From: Cladosporium halotolerans
Taxonomy: Eukaryota
Length of the DNA stretch: 51,149 nucleotides
Reading direction: 5' to 3'
Assembly: GCF_011745625.1 (NCBI RefSeq)
Contig: NW_027191486.1
Span: 186,001-237,149 of the forward strand
In this document: positions 1-11,220 of the stretch, piece after piece
Layout: every line of letters starts with the position of its first letter
How positions within the stretch are numbered: position 1 is the first letter of the stretch
Notes under the pieces: generated by a model
The model's database searches: none
The model's input: only the letters and a program-made list of their open reading frames with translations
Told to the model about the DNA's origin: nothing
Translations under genes and position numbers: made by a program

Positions 1-84
1 ACGGATTTCGTGTACGCTTGCTTGAGGGATGAGTGGGAGGTGGAGCGGCCTGGTGTGAAGGGGAGGGTGGCGAGGCAGGTTTGA
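1..84 (+). CDS. 3' end of a gene truncated by the window edge; probable RimJ/RimL-type GNAT acetyltransferase
   Basis: Frame 1 reads TDFVYACLRDEWEVERPGVKGRVARQV* (TGA 82-84). D-x-x-Y-x-x-L-x-x-EW resembles the C-terminal signature of RimJ/RimL GNATs. Only 27 codons are visible. Confidence 0.45.
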   Translation, partial: TDFVYACLRDEWEVERPGVKGRVARQV

Positions 85-587
85 TGTTTCGGGGGACTGG
101 AATTTGGAGAGGGTGGGTGGGTGGGAGTGGTTGATGGCGATACTTGCATGATGGGGGCGAGGCGGGACGGTGCTGGATGATAGGAGATATCTGGGGTGGC
201 GTGAGAGAAGCTGGGGTGCATTTGCAGCGATGTTGTTCACAGCGAGCAATTTGGTAGAGCGCAAAGGAAATTACCAAGTATCCATGTGATTTAACACGCG
301 GTTTCGTTATGTACAGACCTGCTCGCTCTCCGCATGATCCGAACCGAGCCAGACCGACACAATCATTCGTGAAGTCATCCATTCAACCCGTCCGTCAACT
401 CCACGCTCATCATCGTTCGCAGTACCTCGAACAGCCTCCAACACCACTAGACGACAACGACGCAGATACAGCCTCTTTCCAATCCAATCGTTTCCACAAT
501 CCTGAGATCGATATCAAAAACGATACAAACCAAGCGCCGAATCAAAAGCAAAGTGACCACCACTCCAGCCTCACGACAGGGCCAGGA

Positions 588-1675
588 TCAGGTGAAAACG
601 CTCTTCTCCGCCTGCAGCGCCAGGAACGTCTCCTCGTCGTGGCCCGGGACGACACGCCCGCGCGTCAGTCGCTGCAGGTGCTTCAGGCGCTGCGTGCTCC
701 GGAACCTGCCAAGTGATATCAGAACAATCAATCTAGAACAAACTCGTGAGAAGGAGAGCTTACCAAGCAGGGTGGTCGCGCGCGAGCCAGCCTTGCGGGA
801 TGCCGTCGCGCCACTGCGTACAACCGTCAGAGCCTATCGTTCTTGCCAGCGTTTGGTTTCTTATGATACTCACATTCTCGATCACGTGGCAGTGGTCGCT
901 GATGAAGAAGATAGTGCCGCTCTCCGGCAGGTTGATCTGCATGCCGATGAGGCCGTCGGTGTGGCCGGGGAGGTGGTGCAGCGTGATGCCCTGGCAGAAG
1001 TCGAAGCTGCGCTCGTCGAAGGTCTTCCAGTTCCTGTCCGTTCGATCCTCCGTCAGCCCATGCCATGCCATGCCATCTCCACCGCCCAAAGCAAGGAAAC
1101 GGCGGCACCTACAGATCCAGCTTCAGATAATGCTTCAGATAAACCCCGACATCCGCCCCCGTCGCCACGCTCCAAAACGCGCTCCGCAGCTCCAAATCAT
1201 GCACCCAGATCTCCACGTCCTTCCTATCCAAAAACAAATCCAACCCCCCCGCGTGATCAAGGTGCAAATGGCCGATGATGATCTTCTTGACGTCCTCGAC
1301 GCGGTGGCCCGTGGCCTCGATCTGGGCGTCCAGCTCGTGCTTCGCCTCGTAGCGGACGCGCGTGAAGACGTCCGACAGCTGCGGGCCCCAGACGGCCGGG
1401 TAGTCCTTGCCGGAGCCCGTCTCCCACAGGATGAGGCCCTCGTGCGGGTGCTCGACGAGCACGCAGTACATGGGCATCTGGCGGCGCTTGTTGGCGAAGG
1501 AGCGCGAGGCGTTGGAGGCGAGCGAGGTGTTGCCGCCGCGCACGACGAAGCCCTCGTCGCATTCAAGCCAGCCGACTTCGAGGAGCCACATTTTGGTGCC
1601 GGGCGGGCAGACGTTGGAGACGTTGGCGGGCACGGCGCCGGTGGCGAGCTGGTGGGCTATGGCGGGGGAGGCCAT
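588..1675 (-). CDS. Metallo-beta-lactamase-fold hydrolase, N-acyl-homoserine lactonase (AttM/AiiB)/lactamase-like, 296 aa
   Basis: Exons 1675-1113, 1033-874, 813-764, 705-588 (GT-AG introns; 891 nt, in frame). Motifs: HLHLDH (HxHxDH), PGHTDG, SD-HCH and C-terminal PGHD. Confidence 0.9.
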
Positions 1676-2739
1676 GGTTGGGGTGGGTTTGAGAGATGTA
1701 TGGTTTGTAGAGGTTTATTGTAGATGATATCTTTGGTTCTATCGAGGAGGTGTAGTTATTTAGTATTGTACTGCGCTCCGCAAGTTGATTGTGGAGGTCG
1801 TGGAGAAGGGCATCTTCGTGAAGGCCCGCACGCCAGAGGCGATCCTGATGAAAGCGTGCTGGATCGTCTTCCCAGTGCCGAACAAGCGGTTGCCATTGAG
1901 CGGGCAGGCAGGCCGTATGCGGTAGTTCCTTTCGTGCTCGGCTTCGGTGACCTCACAGCGGCGTTGCCAGAGGTGAGGGGAAAGCTGGAGCCGGAGCGCT
2001 GGCTGGAGAGCTGTGGTTGTGTAGGTCTGGCGTCGAGCTCGAGGTACCCACGTACCGCCCGCCGCAGACCCTCCCGTCGATTGCGGCTGCGGGGATTTTC
2101 CAGTATGCGTCGCGCGAGTGCCGTGGTACCGAGTCGCTGCAAGGCCTGTCTGTCGTGCTTGATATAGCTGGCGCGCACGCAGGTCCTGCCGCCGCCTGGC
2201 CTCACCCGCGAGGCCTGCTTGGCCTGCCACGCCGTCTCCACCCCAGCATGTGGCTGCCTACGGTAAGGGTACATACAGTACCTCCAACATCGTCCCCACC
2301 GCCGCGGACGAGTCGAGCCGCACGAGCGCACCAGACAGGAAGAACGGCGTGGACGGGCAGCAGGACAGGCGGCGGCGGTGGAGTCGCAGGCTCTGCCCAG
2401 GCGGCACAGGGTCAGCTCGGGGCTCGCAGGCGCACACGCGGTGGGTGCACGCGCGCAGTTGACGAATGCGATGGTTCGGGGCGATGGCCAGACGCCGCGT
2501 CGTCTCCGTAGCGTGGGGGTTGCCCGATCGCTGGGAGGCGATGTGAGAGATCGCCTGCCTCGACTCGTCGCGCGCTGCAGCCAGCGCCCACGCCACGGGT
2601 GCGTTCCTGGCACCCAGCGGCCAATGGCGCGGTCATATCAGCATTTCAGCGCGCGCCGTCCAAGCTGTCGTCGCCGCGATCTGCGCGCCCGGTGGTGGCA
2701 GACGTCGCCTCCGGAGCGCGGCCCATGGCCCACGGCCTG

Positions 2740-2801
2740 CTAGAGTGGCTGCTGGGTGGGCGTGGTGGGCTAGAGTGGCTGTTGGGTGGGCGTGGTGGGC
2801 T
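2740..2801. repeat. 30-bp tandem duplication, G-rich
   Basis: ctagagtggctg(c/t)tgggtgggcgtggtggg x2 with one mismatch. Confidence 0.9.
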
Positions 2802-3896
2802 CTAGCACGCTGCTGACTCCATCATCCATGCCAGAGACCAGACACACCACCAGTAGCGAGTAGTGGCCAGCGCCCGCGCAGCCGCATCGCCGCGATCAGC
2901 AGTGCTGGCTGCGAGAGACGACCGCTGCACCGCTGCACCGCTGCACGGCCACACGGCCACACGGCCACACGGCGTATGCGGCTCGAGGCTCGCTGCCGGT
3001 CACAACCCGGTCGCCGTCTCCGTCGTGCTCCTCCACCGGCAGCTGCCCGCGCGCTGTACCTCGACGCCTGCGGGCGCCGACAGGTGTGGCATGTCAGGCG
3101 CAGACATGCATCAGGTAACTGTATCTCCAACACCTGCGATCGTCGGCCTCAACGCGGAAGGTGTCACACACAGGGCCGCCGGCATGGCGTGCATGGGCGG
3201 GTGTGGCGCGCCGGCCGCCTGGGAACGTGACCGTCATGCAGCCTCGACGCTAGGTAGGTAGGTAGGCAAGACACCTTGCCTTGCCTTGCCTTACCCTCCC
3301 ACGCACGCGCGCCATCAAGCCCGGCGCAGGCCCGCAGACTACCTTAAGCTACTGACCTGCGACCCCGACTTGGACCCTCCTCGCCGCCGCCGCCGCCGCC
3401 GCCCCATGCACGTCACCCTCTCGTGCCTCTCAGCGCTGCCACCACCCTCGACGCCCGCCCTCGTGTTCGCACGCGCATGCTGCCTGCCGCGGTCGTGTGT
3501 CATCTTCCCGGACGCCATCGCCCCAAGCGCTCCACCTGCCTGCCGTTCCGGGCGCCGAGGGCGTGGGGAGCGCGACAAGTATCACGGGCCAAGACTTGTC
3601 GTCGGCCCTTGGGAGCGACGTCGACAGAGCCAGTCGCCCCGTTTGTGATGCGTAGTGCGCGGTGCGCAGTGCGCAGGGCGTGGTGCGCGATGTGCGGTGC
3701 GCGGTGCCGCCGTGCGAGGCTGAGGCCACGGCCAGGGCTACCTTACCTGGCGGCCAGGGCCACGGCCACTGCCAGGCAGGCGGGCATCGTCGTCGTCTGG
3801 TCGTCTGGCCTGCGTGACGCCTCGCTGGCTCGCTTTGACTTTGGCCTCTGCCAGCCTGCCAGCCTGCCAGCCTGCGCGCCAGTCTGCCTCCCGTTC

Positions 3897-3903
3897 TATA
3901 TAA
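3897..3903 (+). promoter_or_regulatory. TATA box of the GNAT gene
   Basis: TATATAA in an otherwise GC-rich region, followed by a CT-rich stretch, about 155 nt upstream of ATG 4057. Confidence 0.55.
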
Positions 3904-4056
3904 GGGATCCATCCCCAGCCCGTCGTCAGGTGAAGCCACGCCCTTTGCTCCTTCCCTCCGTCTGTGCCCGCGTGTCCCCCTTCCCGCTCGTTCCTTCCCT
4001 TGTGCGTGTCAGTCAGTGTGTCAGTCCGGCGTTCGACGGTGCTTGCCATTCCCGCC

Positions 4057-5155
4057 ATGTTGGAGCTCGAGCCGCATCACTCCCACCACTCCCACCACCA
4101 CCACCAGGACCACATGCCCGGCCTCCAGCTGTACGGCTCCCGCTGCAATCCCTATACCTTCCCCATCACCCGCATCCCTCGCCCGCTCTTCCTCGACGGC
4201 CTCCACTCCCGCCAGGGCAATGCCTTCTCGCGCGAACGCTTCCACGCCTGGGCGCAAGCCAGCATGCAACAGTCAGACGACAACGCCATCCAACCCCACC
4301 CTGCATGGCCGAGCGAGAGACTAAGAAAGCCCTTCGTAGCCACCGCCGCCTTCCCGGCCGACATCCCACGCCTGGTCGAGATCGAGTTTGCCGCCTTCCA
4401 GGACGAGCTCGTCAACCACCACCTGTCCTACCGCGACGGCTCCAACCCGGACCACACCAACCGCACCGTCGAGTTCTACAAGTCGTGCATGACGCACATG
4501 CGCACCAACTCTCTGCCTGCGGGGTCTGCCAACCACGGCGCCAGCTTCGTCCGTCGAGATAGCAAGGTCGATCTCGCCACGCCTGATTCGTCGACGGAAG
4601 GCTATCGTTTCCGCAAGGTCCTCGATCCGCAGACCGGGGAGATCATCGCTTTCGCCAAGTCAGAGATCACCACTCTCACGGATGACGATCATGCCTCGCC
4701 GCTGGACGTCGGCCACGAGTCCGAGCCTGAGATGAACAGGGCGTGGTTCGCGCTGAACGAGAAGCTGCATCGATCTTATTGCGGCTTCCGCAAGCATCTT
4801 TGTAAGTGAACTCTCATTCGCCACTTTTGTTTTGATCGATCGAAACAAACCAAAATGGACTCAGCTAACATCCTTCGCAGACTTCGGCATGCTCGCCACC
4901 CACCCCAGCTACCAGCACCGCGGCGCCGCCACAGCTCTGATGTCCGAACTTATCGCCGAAGCCGACGCTCTGGGCCTCGAGATTTACTGCGAAGCCACCC
5001 GCACCGGCCGTCCAATGTACGAGAAATATGGGTTCGTCCCTGTCGAAACGCTCAAATTTGATCCCGCCGCTTTCGGAAGGCACGATCTGGGAGTCGAAGT
5101 GCAGACCGTCATGATCAGGGGTGTTGGAGGCGTCTGGAACGGAAAGCGAATCTGA
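4057..5155 (+). CDS. GNAT family N-acetyltransferase with His-rich N-terminus, 339 aa
   Basis: Exons 4057-4801 and 4881-5155 (gtaagt...gctaac...cag). Acetyl-CoA motif A is LATHPSYQHRGAATALM; motif B is EATRTGRPMYEKYGF. Confidence 0.85.
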
Positions 5156-5831
5156 GGGGGAAAATGAGGAAGACCATCGATCGATGAAGTGCTAATGCCG
5201 CGTGGATTTAATTTTTCTTTGCTGCAAATCTGAAGTGTTGGTCGAATGACGGAGCGGGCGAGTCGAGAATTCCTCCTCGCCGATTTTGCTTTCTCAGACT
5301 GGGCGAATGCATTCTTTTCCTTACAGGGTCCGAGGACGCGACGGGAAGATCGAAAAGAAGGGAGACCGCTCCTCGACAAAAGCATACGGAAATCTGGGAT
5401 CCGGACCGGGTGGACTTTTGATCAACTGCCGCTCTTCTAGTAGACTTACTCGTTCTTATACATATGCTTTAGTATAATTAAATGTGTAGAGTTTTAGACA
5501 TCATTCCTTGCTCTTCCTGGTGCGGTGAGCGTGGATGAGCACGTGACCTGCAAGTTGTTTCGAAGACGGCGTACTCTAAGCCGACGTCCTGTCAGATTAA
5601 CGGCCATGAAAACATGACGATGCACACGGCGACATCAAGCGGGTCAGGAAACCATCAGGTCGTCGCATTCTTACCATTTCTATAATTCCTTATCGAATTG
5701 ACCCTGCAAAAGCAGCAATCACAAGAAATACTACAGTCACCACCTCCCTCAACCACCCCCCAAAACACCCGCCCCAATCGAACCCCCAACTCACTCCAAA
5801 AGAGAAACACCCCCAACCCCCCCGTCCCATC

Positions 5832-7663
5832 TCAACCCACCACCCCCGCCCCACACAACCTCCCCACCCACCCCCCCGCAACCCACCCCCTAACCCTCTT
5901 CCCCCAAACCCAAAACCCCACCACGGCCACATTATTCCCCGCCAGCACCGCCGTAAACACGCCCGCGACCACAACCGCATACCCGCTCCGCTCCACCCAC
6001 TCGAGCAAATACAGCCCGAAGGCAAAGCTCACGACGCTCTTGCCGACGCACTGCGCGACGAGCAGCTCGCTCGCGCGCGCGCTCGGCAAGCCGTCGACCG
6101 CGTACGCCAGCGCGAACGCGAAGTAGAAGTAGCTGCTCCAGTCGACGAGCGCGACGCCCGCGAAGTAGCACGCCCAGTGCAGGCGGTGCTGCGCCGCGAG
6201 GCCGTAGAGGATCAGCCCCGCGGGCGCGAGGAGCGCGGCCGGCAGCAGCACGGGGAGCCGCATTTCGGCTTCGCGGATGGAGTTGTTGCGCCGGGTTAGG
6301 TGAGCGGCGAGCCGGTCGGAGCTGCTGGCGAGCGGGATCGCGAGCGCGTAGCCGATGATGTTGCCCAGGGCGATGAGGCCGGAGTTTTGCTGGGGGAGGG
6401 GGGTTAGTGTGGGTTGTGGGTGGTGGGTGTGTGTAGGAGGATTTGAGCGTACCTGGGCCCAGTTGTAGGGGGGCTGGATGATGAGGATGGGGAAGGTGTA
6501 GTTGAAGACGAGCGCGCCGAGGCCGATGTAGATGCCGTAGCTGGAGATGACCCAGAGGACGGAGGGGACGAGGAAGTACGCGAAGGAGCGCGCGGCGGTC
6601 ATGAAGAACTGCTCTTCGTGGTCGATGCCGCTCCAGGGCTTGAGGGTTTGCAGGAATGTGCGGCGCGCCGGGACGGAGGGTTGCACTTCGACGTGGGCGG
6701 AGGAGGGGGCCGCGGGTTCTTTCTCGACTTCGTGCTCGCCGGAGGCGTCGGAGGCGCGGGAGGAGGGTTGGGGGGATGTTGGGGAGGGTTTGCGGCGGTA
6801 GGAGGTTTCTTCGACGAAGAAGAAGGCGAGGATTAGCAGGGCGCCGGCGAAGGCCACTTCGACGTAGAAGAAGAGACGCCAGCTGTAGCCACCCGCAAGC
6901 ATGTAGCCGGCGTAGAGAGGGCCGGTGGAGCCCCAGCAGAGGGCGACAGTGTAGATTCCGAGTTTTGTACCACGTTCGTGCACTGGGGTGTTTCAGCGTT
7001 GTGTGGCGTGTGAGTTTGGTAGACGATCAACTTACGGAAAAAAATGTCGTTGACGAGCTGAACAGGTAGAGCTTCACAAATACCGCTTGACAGGGCTTGA
7101 ATAATACGACAAGCCATCAGCGAGTTGAACGTATGACTCTGACTGCAACCGATCAGAGCAGCGAAGTAGATTACAAGCGTCCCCAGCATGACAGGTCGAC
7201 GGCCGAACTTCATGTACATAGGTACTGTCACCAGAGTTCCAATGCCGTAGACCAAGGTCGGATATGAGATGAGCTGAGAAGCCGCAACTGGCGAGACATT
7301 GAGCTCGGCCGCGAATAGAGTGATGTAGACTGAGGGTCCCAGCAAAGCCGTATTGCTGAAGAAAGAGTAGAGCGCGCATATCACGAGGATCGAAGTCTTT
7401 TTCCACTTAGGCCATTGGAGGCTGCCTTTGTCAGATTGATTGCATCGTCTTCCGTGGACGGCAATCCACTCACGGATCATTTGGGTCTTCCGCCGGGACT
7501 GGGAAGAGTGCCTGTCCATAAGCAGTGTCGTCGCCTTCGGCGGCTGCGAGATTGACAGTGCCAGGGATATCTCCCTCTTTGGCATGACTGCAGATTGTCA
7601 ATTACCTAACAATGCAGCAGACCGAACATGAACAGCTCACCTGTGCACCAAATGCGGCGCCAT
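5832..7663 (-). CDS. MFS transporter (DHA1/HOL1-like family)
   Basis: ATG 7663. Spliced N-terminus MAPHLVHSHAKEGDIPGTVNL...PVPAEDPNDPLQWPKWKK; motifs KFGRRPV, DIFFLHERG and EAEMRLP; many TM segments. Introns at about 7640-7588, 7472-7424, 7035-6983 and 6452-6390. Confidence 0.88.
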
Positions 7664-9012
7664 TGTAGATCTCAGCCCCAAGAAGGATTTATCACAAGGA
7701 GGAACAAAAAGAGCAGCAAACAAAATCAGCAGACAGCAGCAAGAGAAGCTAAGTACCTACTGTCCAGCGCACCCGGGAGGAGGTCCTCCATTTCTAAAAG
7801 AGAGCTGCCCTCACTCAATCACGGCGCCCCGAATCGCGCCCAACGTACTTGCCGGCATCGTAGAAAAAACGCCGCGAGGTCGCACGCCCGCTTGAGACAA
7901 GCCAGGGGCGGGCGTTCGCTTGCCTGCTTGCAGAGCCATGTGCGGCGCACGGCATGTTTGCAGCGTAACCTGCCTCTCGCCTGCATGCACCCTTCCACCG
8001 GCCTCCCGCTATCTGCGGGGAAAGAGAGAGTCTGCCACGACGATCGTCCGTCGGCAGAGAGTCCGCGAGGTGGGTTAGAGCGGAGAAGACAGCAGGGCGT
8101 CGTGAGGAGGAGTCGCAGTAGCAAGTGCCGGTGAACGCTAGCTCGAGGGGAAAGATGGAGACCCCGTGGGTGGGCAGAGGTCCGGCATGGGTTTGAGTGG
8201 CTGCTTGCCGGGGCCAACCCGGACGCCGACGAGGGAGGGCCGTCGTAGGCATTGCACCCTGCCACGCTTGCGGCATCCATCCACACGCGCGCGCGGCGTG
8301 CATGCAGCTGGCTCAGGCATGTCCGCGCGAGGGAGGATGGAAGGACGGAGAGGCTTTAGGCTGAAAATTGAAAGCCCGTCATCGCGGAGGCGCTGGGTTG
8401 GAGTGACGATCGGGCCGCTTTGAGGGCGAGCGCTGCCGGAGGATATTTTCCAGATGCCAGCTGAGATTAGGTTGCCCGATGGCTGTCCAATCGATGGGAT
8501 GGGCGGGAATGGTCAATGCCACCGAGATAGCTGTGGCTGCAGAAGCGGAAGCACGCTTCGTCGTCAATGTGTATAGTCGCAACGCTTCCGGGCTGTTGGG
8601 TCAGAGGCGAGGGCAAGATCATACGCGACGGCTCCTGCACGTATCCTGCTATTTTGCCAGGCCTTGGATTCATCAACGACTAATGTACAAATCCTAACGT
8701 GGAGAATCTTTGCCGTCTCGCTACGGCTCACCGACTATAGCGCGCAAGGTCTGGCACACAACTCATGGCGATACGTTATTGTTCCGTCCGCGTCTGACCG
8801 AGGATAATTGAAGCCAAGGCGGTCAAACTCAACTGAGCAATCATAAAGAATTGGTTTGGCAGTTCCTCGTTATCAAAGCTGGCTTGTTGCTCCGCTTGGA
8901 GCCATGACGCATGTACATTTCATGACACAAGGTGGGAGCGCGCGTACGGCACTACTCTGGCTGACAGGCCTGCCCTAAGCTGTTCTGCATCGTTTTGCTG
9001 GCAACTCTCGGT

Positions 9013-9048
9013 TGGCTCGATCGCTTGTGATGGCTCGATCGCTTGTGA
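9013..9048. repeat. 18-bp perfect tandem duplication
   Basis: tggctcgatcgcttgtga x2. Confidence 0.85.
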
Positions 9049-9309
9049 CGATACAGACAAACGACGGGAGCTCAACGCGGCATGCACATACGCGCGTCCA
9101 TCGACTTTGCATTTTCTCACCGTGTCTGACGATGCATATAAGAAGGGACACAGCACCCTTGAAACAAGAGCCTGCAAAACGTTCGTGCGATCGTTCATCT
9201 TACATGAAAGACCATGCCATGCAGGCCTCTATGCTAGTCTATGCGCTGCCTCGCTGAATACGACCGTCCAATGCAATAGAATGGCTCACGAAGGTGATAG
9301 TCTTCCATT

Positions 9310-10298
9310 TTACCTCTGGCCAGCCAGTCTCCGCTCCTGCACTTCCGTCAAAGCCCTGCTTCCACTGACGTATGCCACAACACCGACCAGACCCGCAACA
9401 GGCAGCGTCTGGAAGAGCGTCCAGCTATAGTAGTACAGGAAGAAGACGCCCTCCATCGCGACGACGCTTCCAAAGAAAAGTCCGTGAGCGACTGGGTTGG
9501 CGCCGAAGGCCTTACCAGCGTGATCGAGGTTTCCTCCGAGGCCGGCCCACAGGCCGAGAAGGGCGGGGAGGGTGAAAATTACGGCGAGCATGAAGACGCC
9601 GGAGACGATCACGGGCGGCGACTGTGCGTCGGCCTTGAAGATGTGCTTGATCTCGGGCTTGGATGTGTAGCGCTCGGGGGCGGGAGGGAGTGCGAGGGGG
9701 GTCGCAGTGTCGCGGGTGACCTCGAGGTCAAAGACATGCTTGCGGAGGGGAGTGGTGGAGCCGAAGGAGGCGAGAATGATTGATGCGCGAGCAGATTGGG
9801 AGGAGGTCAGGAATTGGAAGGGAAGGTCCTTCTGGGTCTAGGATGAGAGTCGATATTAGTAAAGTGATCCTTGGCCGGACCACGAATTCCAGCCCAATGT
9901 GACGCACCACTTCAACCTTGCCCTTGCCATTGTCCTTCAGACTGAACGGGAACGACTCCTCAAGACCCGTAGACGGATCGTGAAGTGTGAGGAAGGCCTG
10001 GTGAGGCTTCTTTCCAGTCTTGCCCTCCGTGGCAGTGAGAACAATCTTGAGGGTATCGGTTGCCGAGAGGGAAACGGCGGGAGAGAGTGCAGAGGTCAAA
10101 GAGAGCCTGCATCATCGTCAAAATTGTTGCCCGCCATCTTCATTTGCTTCCGTATACTGACTTCTCTTTGGCACCACCACCAACGCCCGCACCCTTCTCT
10201 TGAACTGTGAGCGTGGCATCTTCGAAGCCCCAGCTAGCACCATACGCAGCCGACGCAGCCGCCAGGATGGGAAGGGCGATTCCGCTGAAGATCCTCAT
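9310..10298 (-). CDS. SWP1: Oligosaccharyltransferase subunit Swp1 / ribophorin II
   Basis: Signal peptide MRIFSGIALPILAAASAAYG. Motifs KKPHQAFL and RYTSKPEIKHIFKAD, then 3 TM helices ending GSRALTEVQERRLAGQR. Two introns (about 10160-10106 and 9908-9838). Confidence 0.88.
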
Positions 10299-11220
10299 TG
10301 TGAATTGACAAGCTGATCCGTTGTTGCGAACCAATTGTGACAGTTGTCGCAACGCAATGGTCAGGTCCGACTTTCGTGGAGCTTGGAGCTACGTCGTCTC
10401 ACCTTCGAAAGCGGGAGCTAGCCACTAGCGCCCGAGGGGAGAATGTGAACGGACATTCGAGCAGTCGGCATGTGATACACTACTTTGAAGCCAACGTGTG
10501 ACTGTCATGTCGATACATCATGCACGTATTGCTGACCGCGGTTGTTATTTGCCGGGGAATCACGCGCATTCCTGGCAGACCTAAACCTTTGTCACTTCGC
10601 GTCGGTCGCTCACTTTGATGGAAATTCATTCACACCTCTTGACCGGATTGGATATGTAGGACAGTCGGCGATGAGCGTCTATAAGGTTGTGCACGCATCA
10701 GCAATTCGAAATGTGCGTATTGATATAGCCGCATGTGCGCAGATGCCAGGTCGGCTTCGGTTTGCTGCCAACGAGGCAGAAATCCCAGAGCAAGACCCGA
10801 TGTCACGTGAGTGCCCGTTTAGGAAAGCGCGGGCTCCACCTTGTCTTTCTCACGCGATGCTGCCTTCCTTCTTAACTTGACCTCAAGACCTCAGCCACCT
10901 AAACGGCGCTGCCATCGCCGCAGATCGACTGGGGCATATTGCACGTCTCACCTACATTGCTGGATTCGTTTCACGACTATATCGAGGCATACGCCTTGTC
11001 GCGCGTTGTTGATTTCCCCCTCGCACGTGACGGAGTTTTGTGGGTCAGCCGACTTTACTTTTCGACACCTCCGCCGCTGGACTTCTGGCAAACAACAACG
11101 CTGGTTGCCTTCCCTTAGGACCGGCGTCCATCGATGTCGGATTCGCAAATACCTAATCAGGCAATTTCAGTATTTCACTTCACTTCCCAGATCCCATCTG
11201 CCAAAATACGCAAGTATCGA

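Noticed and set aside
309..1727. Long + strand ORFs (553-1278, 746-1723) over the lactonase
   Set aside because: Antisense shadows of a GC-rich coding gene; no motifs of their own.
1724..3939. Many 100-290 aa ORFs on both strands in the divergent intergenic region
   Set aside because: Arg/Ala/Pro-rich translations typical of stop-poor GC-rich non-coding DNA, with no domain or codon-pattern support.
2740..9048. Short direct repeats (2740-2801, 9013-9048) as a possible CRISPR-like array
   Set aside because: Only two adjacent copies, no spacers, eukaryotic context and no cas genes.
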